A DNA stretch of 32,000 nucleotides from Candidatus Thorarchaeota archaeon (lineage in GTDB: Archaea > Asgardarchaeota > Thorarchaeia > Thorarchaeales > Thorarchaeaceae), in NCBI GenBank assembly GCA_008080745.1, contig SHMX01000001.1, positions 600,001 through 632,000 of the forward strand, written 5' to 3'. Under the pieces are notes generated by a model, which did no database searches, had not been told where the DNA came from, and worked only from the letters and a program-made list of their open reading frames with translations. The translations under genes were made by a program, and so were the position numbers. Each line of letters starts with the position of its first letter. Position 1 is the first letter of the stretch. Positions 26,928 to 32,000 of the stretch are shown here, in pieces.

Positions 26928-27546
26928 GTTCTTTCTTCATCTGTTTTGTGCTGACATAATCAATGTGAATTGCATTGAGATCAATAAATTGAGACCTATA
27001 TTCATTGTTTTCTAATTGCAGGTAGATGTGGCTTCCATCAGGAGAAATGTCGAGTATATTGAATGAACGACGAAGCGGGGGGGGATAGTATACAATAGAG
27101 GTGATTATACTCATTAAGACAATAACCACAATCAGTCCCTGCAGAGAGGGTATCCAATTACTTCCCAAAAAATAGGAGTTACTAAATTGAAAAATGAGAA
27201 AGATACTGGTAAAAAGCAGAACTAGAAGTAGAAAGAGAAAAATCACTCTTCTATTGTCGTCTATGGATGAGTATTCATGGGAGTCACAAGTTGGAATCTC
27301 CAGATACTTCTTTGGTATTCTGGGTGTTCCCTGTACAAATGCAGTCTTTTGAATGCCTGTAACTACCCGCTGTTCCGTATACCTTTCAGCAGGATAGAAG
27401 CGAATATCACGAGGGCGTTCATAACCAGAGGATGAAGGATTCAAAACAATATATGAAAAGGAAGTAGATTCATTGTTACAGACAGGACAGATCGGGGGAT
27501 ATTCTATCTTCTCAGTTGGAACTTTGAGAATATCGGTTTCATTCAT
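26917..27546 (-). CDS. Zn-binding (CxxC...CxxH) two-TM membrane protein
   Basis: 'PPICPVC', 'IPTCDSH', two TM helices; start reassigned to the ATG at 27546 because of an upstream GGAGG; overlaps the pseudo-kinase start. Confidence 0.7.
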   Translation of the reverse strand: MNETDILKVPTEKIEYPPICPVCNNESTSFSYIVLNPSSSGYERPRDIRFYPAERYTEQRVVTGIQKTAFVQGTPRIPKKYLEIPTCDSHEYSSIDDNRRVIFLFLLLVLLFTSIFLIFQFSNSYFLGSNWIPSLQGLIVVIVLMSIITSIVYYPPPLRRSFNILDISPDGSHIYLQLENNEYRSQFIDLNAIHIDYVSTKQMKKELGR

Positions 27547-27641
27547 AATAAATCCTCCAAGTAGAGTATGTATCCAGATCAACTGAACACGAATATCTTT
27601 CACCATACAAAGGGTTTATTTGTGTATTTAACTATTGTTAA

Positions 27642-28046
27642 ATGGTGAAAGAGATGGATAAGACGGAGAAAGATTGGAAACTCGAATTATCGCCAGAACA
27701 ATATCGGGTACTAAGACAATGTGGAACAGAACCACCATTTAGTGGAAAATATGTGCATCATAAAGAAGATGGAACCTATGTCTGTGCAGGTTGTGGAGCT
27801 GAACTGTTCTCATCAGATAAAAAATTCGAGTCAGGAAGTGGTTGGCCGAGTTTTTGGGACAAGATTTCGGAAGATAGTGTAGAGCTAAAACGAGATACCA
27901 GTCATGGTATGATTAGAACTGAGGTTGTTTGTGCCAATTGCGGAGGACATCTTGGTCATGTATTTAGAGATGGACCAAATCCAACTGGTTTGCGTTATTG
28001 TATCAATTCTGCAGCATTGGATTTTAAATCAAAAGAGAAGAATTGA
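27642..28046 (+). CDS. msrB: Peptide-methionine (R)-S-oxide reductase MsrB
   Basis: 'GTEPPFSG', '[22 protein letters not shown]', '[30 protein letters not shown]'. Confidence 0.97.
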   Translation: MVKEMDKTEKDWKLELSPEQYRVLRQCGTEPPFSGKYVHHKEDGTYVCAGCGAELFSSDKKFESGSGWPSFWDKISEDSVELKRDTSHGMIRTEVVCANCGGHLGHVFRDGPNPTGLRYCINSAALDFKSKEKN

Positions 28047-28123
28047 ATGCATAAATTATTTTAATTTTAGCACCAATTTTTGAAAAGAAGGATATATCAA
28101 GAGCTGGTTCAATACACAGTTGG

Positions 28124-28591
28124 TTGATGATGGAGCAAAGAAAGTCACTCTCTGGACTAATATGTGTGATTGCATTCATATTGTTTTGGATTAGCGTTAT
28201 ATTGTACATGGGATTCATGTTTTTAGACTTCGCGTCCACATGGCCCAGTGATATGCCCGGATTACATCCTATGTTCAGTGTATTTATTCTATTCATCATG
28301 GCAGGTTTTGGGGTCTTAATGTTAGGAGGTATTATTGTTGGTTATTTCAGAGAATCCAGCGAAGTAAGACCTGATCGTCATATAACAAAAATCATTGAAC
28401 CAATGTTAGAGAGTACAGGAGACTGGATGTCCTCTGGTAGAAAAGGAAAATATACTGGTTATGATATCCCACCATTCTGTGATAATTGTGGAGTGAAGCT
28501 CGATATTGGTGAGGTTGAGTGGATTGGGCCTGTTTCTTTCAAGTGCCCAAGGTGTCATGAAGAACATAGAGCCAGAAAAATTCACGTATAA
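28124..28591 (+). CDS. Two-TM membrane protein with C-terminal zinc ribbon
   Basis: Two TM helices; 'CDNCG...CPRCH'. Confidence 0.75.
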   Translation: MMMEQRKSLSGLICVIAFILFWISVILYMGFMFLDFASTWPSDMPGLHPMFSVFILFIMAGFGVLMLGGIIVGYFRESSEVRPDRHITKIIEPMLESTGDWMSSGRKGKYTGYDIPPFCDNCGVKLDIGEVEWIGPVSFKCPRCHEEHRARKIHV

Positions 28592-28761
28592 TAGGACGTA
28601 ACACAATATTGGTTCAGAAGAATAGTTCCAGATGGAGAAGATTACAAGTCTGTAGCACAAAAAGTAGATGAAATTAGAAATAGAATCGAGCTATTTACTT
28701 TCTCTCAAAAACAATATATCAAAGGAATGTCATTCATATACTTCTATAGGAGTATGTTTTG

Positions 28762-29145
28762 ATGTCAACTGAAGAAGTAATGCTTGAAGAATTGCGAGAA
28801 ATAAGAAAATTACTAACGCCTACTCCACCTCCGCCCCCTCCAGAGGGGGTTAAGGATGAGTTTCTTACATTTCTGAAAAAATATCAAGTTCTTGGTCTTG
28901 CCGTAGCATTCATTATGGGAATTTACCTAGGACAGCTGGTACAGTCATTGGTAAACAATTTGATTATGCCATTAGTATCAATAGCACTGAATGCTCTTGG
29001 TGGTGGTGAACCAGTTCTTTGGGAGAATATAGCAATTGGTCCTTTTACCATTGGATTATTCTTCGCAGATCTAATAACCTTCATCATTATAGCAATTGTA
29101 ATTTTCCTAATAGTGAAGTTCGCAAATAGAGTAGGTATTAAGTAG
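28762..29145 (+). CDS. mscL: Large-conductance mechanosensitive channel (MscL family), with the coiled-coil-like helix at the N-terminus
   Basis: 'EFLTFLKKYQVLGLAVAFIMG...LVQSLVNNLIMPLV' and 'IGLFFADLITFIIIAIVIFLIVK'; AGGAG RBS; alternative TTG start at 28759. Confidence 0.9.
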   Translation: MSTEEVMLEELREIRKLLTPTPPPPPPEGVKDEFLTFLKKYQVLGLAVAFIMGIYLGQLVQSLVNNLIMPLVSIALNALGGGEPVLWENIAIGPFTIGLFFADLITFIIIAIVIFLIVKFANRVGIK

Positions 29146-29153
29146 TCCAGTTT

Positions 29154-29181
29154 TGGTGGCGCTGAAGCAATAGTGCCACTA
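29154..29181 (+). terminator. Putative hairpin terminator downstream of mscL
   Basis: TGGTGGCGCT-GAAGCAAT-AGTGCCACTA (10-bp stem with two G-U pairs) followed by TCATTCTTTT. Confidence 0.45.
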
Positions 29182-29545
29182 TCATTCTTTTCAGAACACT
29201 AGTCTTTTGCCTAAATATATAAGCAAAGTTATCTATTGTTAACTAGAGATGCGACCACCATCAGGCAATAAGAAATGCAAAATCCGGTAAATGATTGTCT
29301 TATATTGATTGACTCGTACCTAAGTCAAGAATATGTAATTAAAGGAAATCCAGATACTACTTTTCGACAGGCTGCAATTAGAACCTTGCCGAACACTATG
29401 TTGGAACTGGAAGCCTTTCATATTATAGATGTTCGCGGCCAGGACATCTCTAATAAGCCTCTTTCTCAGTATGAGGGAAAAGCAAAACTGCTCAGAATAA
29501 TGTGATTATTGAGAAGCTTATTTTGGTGCGATTTTTGGTTCACAA

Positions 29546-30106
29546 CTAAGGTTTAGTTCCAGGAGGGTATCTCTCAAAGAACTCTTCTGCAAGAATATCC
29601 ATGATAATCTCAGCATGGTATGCACCTTCTATGAATTTGCGTTGGCGTAGAACTCCTACTTTCTTGAATCCTGCTTTTTCATATGTGCGTATCGCACGGG
29701 GATTATAGCTAAACACTCGTAGCATGAGTGAGTTTAGACCCATTATATGAAAAGCTATCCAAAGTGTTACAATTGTTGCATCAGAACCATATCCCTTTTC
29801 CCAGTAATCAGGATTGTAGATGGAAATGCCAAACTCAGCATGTTTGCTGTCAAAACTAATGTCATGCAGACCTGCACCACCTATCAGGTTCCCGGTCTTC
29901 TTATCAGTAACTGCAAATACTATATCGCGATCTCTCCAAGGATTGAGTTTTGATGCTCGGTCCAACCATTCCTTCTCGCTTTCGCTGGAAACAGGAATCG
30001 CATCACCAAGAAATTTGCGGAGATCAAAATTGTTCCAATGTTTCATTATCTCATCTAAATCATCCAATTCGAAAGCACGAAGTGTAGTTAATTCACCATC
30101 ATACAT
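29546..30106 (-). CDS. GNAT N-acetyltransferase, RimJ/RimL family
   Basis: 'TLRAFELDDL', 'HAEFGISIYNPDYWEKGYGSDA', 'VFSYNPRAIRTYEKAGFKKVG'. Confidence 0.92.
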   Translation of the reverse strand: MYDGELTTLRAFELDDLDEIMKHWNNFDLRKFLGDAIPVSSESEKEWLDRASKLNPWRDRDIVFAVTDKKTGNLIGGAGLHDISFDSKHAEFGISIYNPDYWEKGYGSDATIVTLWIAFHIMGLNSLMLRVFSYNPRAIRTYEKAGFKKVGVLRQRKFIEGAYHAEIIMDILAEEFFERYPPGTKP

Positions 30107-30160
30107 AGTTCGAAATTTTTAGTGAGTTTGATTTAAACATATGGCCAAATGGACTGGCTA

Positions 30161-30442
30161 TCATGGGGCACGGATCATATGAAGTGATTCACCAAATTTC
30201 ATAGAAATTGCCTGCTCGGGACAGGCTTCAACACATTTGTTACAGCCCATACACATGGAGGGCCAAACTGCCGTAACTTTCCAGCGTTCAGGATTCCATG
30301 GATCAGGATGGTCTTCTAGTGTTGGATGCATTAGAAACACTGCTGGGTCACAGACAAGCATACACTTTCTGCATTCGCGGGGGTCTGTATTGCCATCCGG
30401 TCCGCATTTAGAATAATCGATTTGAATCTTAGTCTTCTTCAA
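30161..30442 (-). CDS. Small ferredoxin-like 4Fe-4S protein
   Basis: 'IDYSKC...ECRKCMLVC' and 'CMGCNKCVEACP'; TTG start with an upstream GGAGG. Confidence 0.85.
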   Translation of the reverse strand: MKKTKIQIDYSKCGPDGNTDPRECRKCMLVCDPAVFLMHPTLEDHPDPWNPERWKVTAVWPSMCMGCNKCVEACPEQAISMKFGESLHMIRAP

Positions 30443-30453
30443 TAAAATACCTC

Positions 30454-31323
30454 CTAGTATCTTCCTGCCTGACCGGGCACCTCATTTCGTGGAACAAGCT
30501 CTAGTGCATCGTGTTTACAGGCGTGACGACAGACTCCACAACCGAAACACTTGTCCAAGTCAACAATTACTCTTTTTACCGACGGGAGATAGCGAAGCGC
30601 ATTGAACTGACACATCTTTACACACTGTTGACAGCCTTGGCATTTATCTTGGTCGACATTGATGATGTACTCTGCCTTGTAAACCGTTTTCAATCCAAAG
30701 TCATTTCTGAGTCGTAAACCACCACACTCTGGGCTCTCACAAGAACAGATAGCATTGATATATGGTACGGGTTGGAACCACACTGATGCAACATACCCCC
30801 TCTTATTATGTTCTTCAAGGGCAGCTATTGCTTCTTCTCTGTCAAGTCGATATTTCACATCTTTGGGGATATAGCGTGGGAGTTTCTCAATCACACCAGA
30901 TAATTGGCCGAAATTGATACAGACTGCATCTTTTACACCACGTTGCATCCAGCGGCACACACAGTAATTTTTGATGATAGGTTCAGCAGCAAGATTTCCA
31001 AGAATATGCTGAGCATCTTCCAAGGGAATAACTTGTCCAAAGTGACCATCTGCCCTGGCGGGATTTCGAGCATGATCCTCACTATGAATCTGAGATTCAG
31101 CAGCTTTTCGAATGATCCGTCCAATAATTGGCATCTGCATCTTGTAACCAAGCCCTACTGAGCTAAAACCCATAATCTTTCGAATGAATAGGGTTTCCAT
31201 ATTCTTCCATTGCTCTTCCAAGTACTCACGCAAGTTATGTTCGTCAGCTAGTTCATCAGAATATAATCTAGCGTTATTGTACCATTTTCCACCATCACCG
31301 TGTTTTAGGCACCATTCGCACAT
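30454..31323 (-). CDS. Multi-cluster Fe-S protein with a C-terminal 2x[4Fe-4S] ferredoxin domain
   Basis: 'MCEWCLKHG', 'CVCR', 'ICSCESPEC', 'CQGCQQCVKMC', 'CFGCGVCRHAC'. Confidence 0.85.
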   Translation of the reverse strand: MCEWCLKHGDGGKWYNNARLYSDELADEHNLREYLEEQWKNMETLFIRKIMGFSSVGLGYKMQMPIIGRIIRKAAESQIHSEDHARNPARADGHFGQVIPLEDAQHILGNLAAEPIIKNYCVCRWMQRGVKDAVCINFGQLSGVIEKLPRYIPKDVKYRLDREEAIAALEEHNKRGYVASVWFQPVPYINAICSCESPECGGLRLRNDFGLKTVYKAEYIINVDQDKCQGCQQCVKMCQFNALRYLPSVKRVIVDLDKCFGCGVCRHACKHDALELVPRNEVPGQAGRY

Positions 31324-31456
31324 TCAAAGTCACCAACATATGAGAGGGCACTAGAAAGAATGTGTATCCAGTCGTCCTATTTAAATTCTCAGAGTTGTTA
31401 TGACCTCATTTCGACAATTGACGAGTTAGCTGTTTCAATAGGAGAATAAATTAGAT

Positions 31457-31666
31457 TCAATCAGGGTTTCGTTCTTTTTTGCTTCTAGTATGAGCTGGCA
31501 TGGTTTTGGGAACTTGGCCAGTTCGAATGTGTTCTACATCACGTCCAACCATTCCAGCAGATGTGGAATCTGGTCTAGTATGTTCGGTTCTTCTTGTAAA
31601 TAGGGAAACAAGGTAGAAAAATATTCCAATAAAAACTCCAGTAACTGCCAACCAAATCATAATCAT
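31457..31666 (-). CDS. Small single-TM hypothetical protein
   Basis: N-terminal TM helix followed by a charged tail; GAGG upstream of the ATG. Confidence 0.55.
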   Translation of the reverse strand: MIMIWLAVTGVFIGIFFYLVSLFTRRTEHTRPDSTSAGMVGRDVEHIRTGQVPKTMPAHTRSKKERNPD

Positions 31667-31740
31667 TTATTGACCTCATTGAAAATAATACAGATTCCGA
31701 TATGAGCTTTTCACTATTAGTAAGAAGAGAAGATTCCCCT

Positions 31741-32000
31741 CTAGGTGATTTCTTCTAGGGGAGCTTCTGCTTCAGCAGTTTCAATCTGGAGATCACCAGC
31801 CTTGGGAATATCTTGTTTGAAACTCATAGCTATCAAGATGATGCCTGCTATTGAGATAATACCCATAATGAGGAATGCTAGTGAGAATCCATAGAGTGGA
31901 ACTAGCCACCCAAAGAATACCAATAGAGGTATGGATGCTGCCGTGAATGAGGTTGCTCGAAGAGAATACATACCATTCCTAATCTTATTAGGAACTACAT
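31741..32000 (-). CDS. C-terminal fragment of a probable MFS transporter (5'-truncated by the window edge)
   Basis: Frame is open to the window end ('VVPNKIRNGMYSLRAT...'), followed by two TM helices typical of MFS TM11-12. Confidence 0.6.
   Translation of the reverse strand, partial: VVPNKIRNGMYSLRATSFTAASIPLLVFFGWLVPLYGFSLAFLIMGIISIAGIILIAMSFKQDIPKAGDLQIETAEAEAPLEEIT

Noticed and set aside
27547-27606. Longer start for the Zn-binding membrane protein
   Set aside because: A GGAGG RBS precedes the ATG at 27546, and the longer start would crowd the msrB promoter
29275-29505. 76-aa ORF (possible UGA read-through as a selenoprotein)
   Set aside because: No recognisable motif or RBS; read-through adds only a short featureless tail; no SECIS-like structure identified
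1-32000. tRNA/rRNA genes, IS elements, integrases, prophage or defence genes
   Set aside because: No cloverleaf, rRNA-like segment, transposase/integrase motif or terminal inverted repeat with target duplication recognised; a covariance-model search could still find small ncRNAs in 8560-8677 or 29146-29545

Overview
Gene-dense archaeal chromosomal window, most likely an Asgard archaeon (Thorarchaeota-like). This is an inference from two longin-like domains, a giant Ig-repeat membrane protein with a cytoplasmic longin-like tail, membrane-tethered wHTH and Zn-ribbon membrane proteins, TATA-type promoters and frequent TTG starts. No rRNA, tRNA, CRISPR array or transposase was recognised. The left half (about 0.3-15.5 kb) is a cell-surface/secretome island: two regulators (membrane-anchored wHTH; single-chain tandem Lrp/AsnC), a small secreted protein, an S8 protease with Ig modules, a membrane-anchored GHL10 glycoside hydrolase, a cutinase/PETase-like alpha/beta hydrolase with three Ig modules plus a PPC domain, and a 2149-aa receptor-like protein. 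The protease and esterase genes share a 43-bp promoter element (36/43 identical) in which a TATA box sits between inverted GGGAAATATTC boxes; related boxes precede two other exported-protein genes, suggesting an undescribed regulon. The middle (18.3-23.6 kb) holds two convergent, end-overlapping operons: DUF547 / degenerate methyltransferase / longin-wHTH / methyltransferase, facing a Tes(MJ0619)-like radical SAM enzyme plus an ArsM-like methyltransferase. The right part encodes an SGNH hydrolase, a multi-TM pseudo-histidine kinase, MsrB, an apparently circularly permuted MscL, a GNAT, an Fe-S protein pair and a truncated MFS transporter. All family calls come from motif recognition by eye, not database searches.
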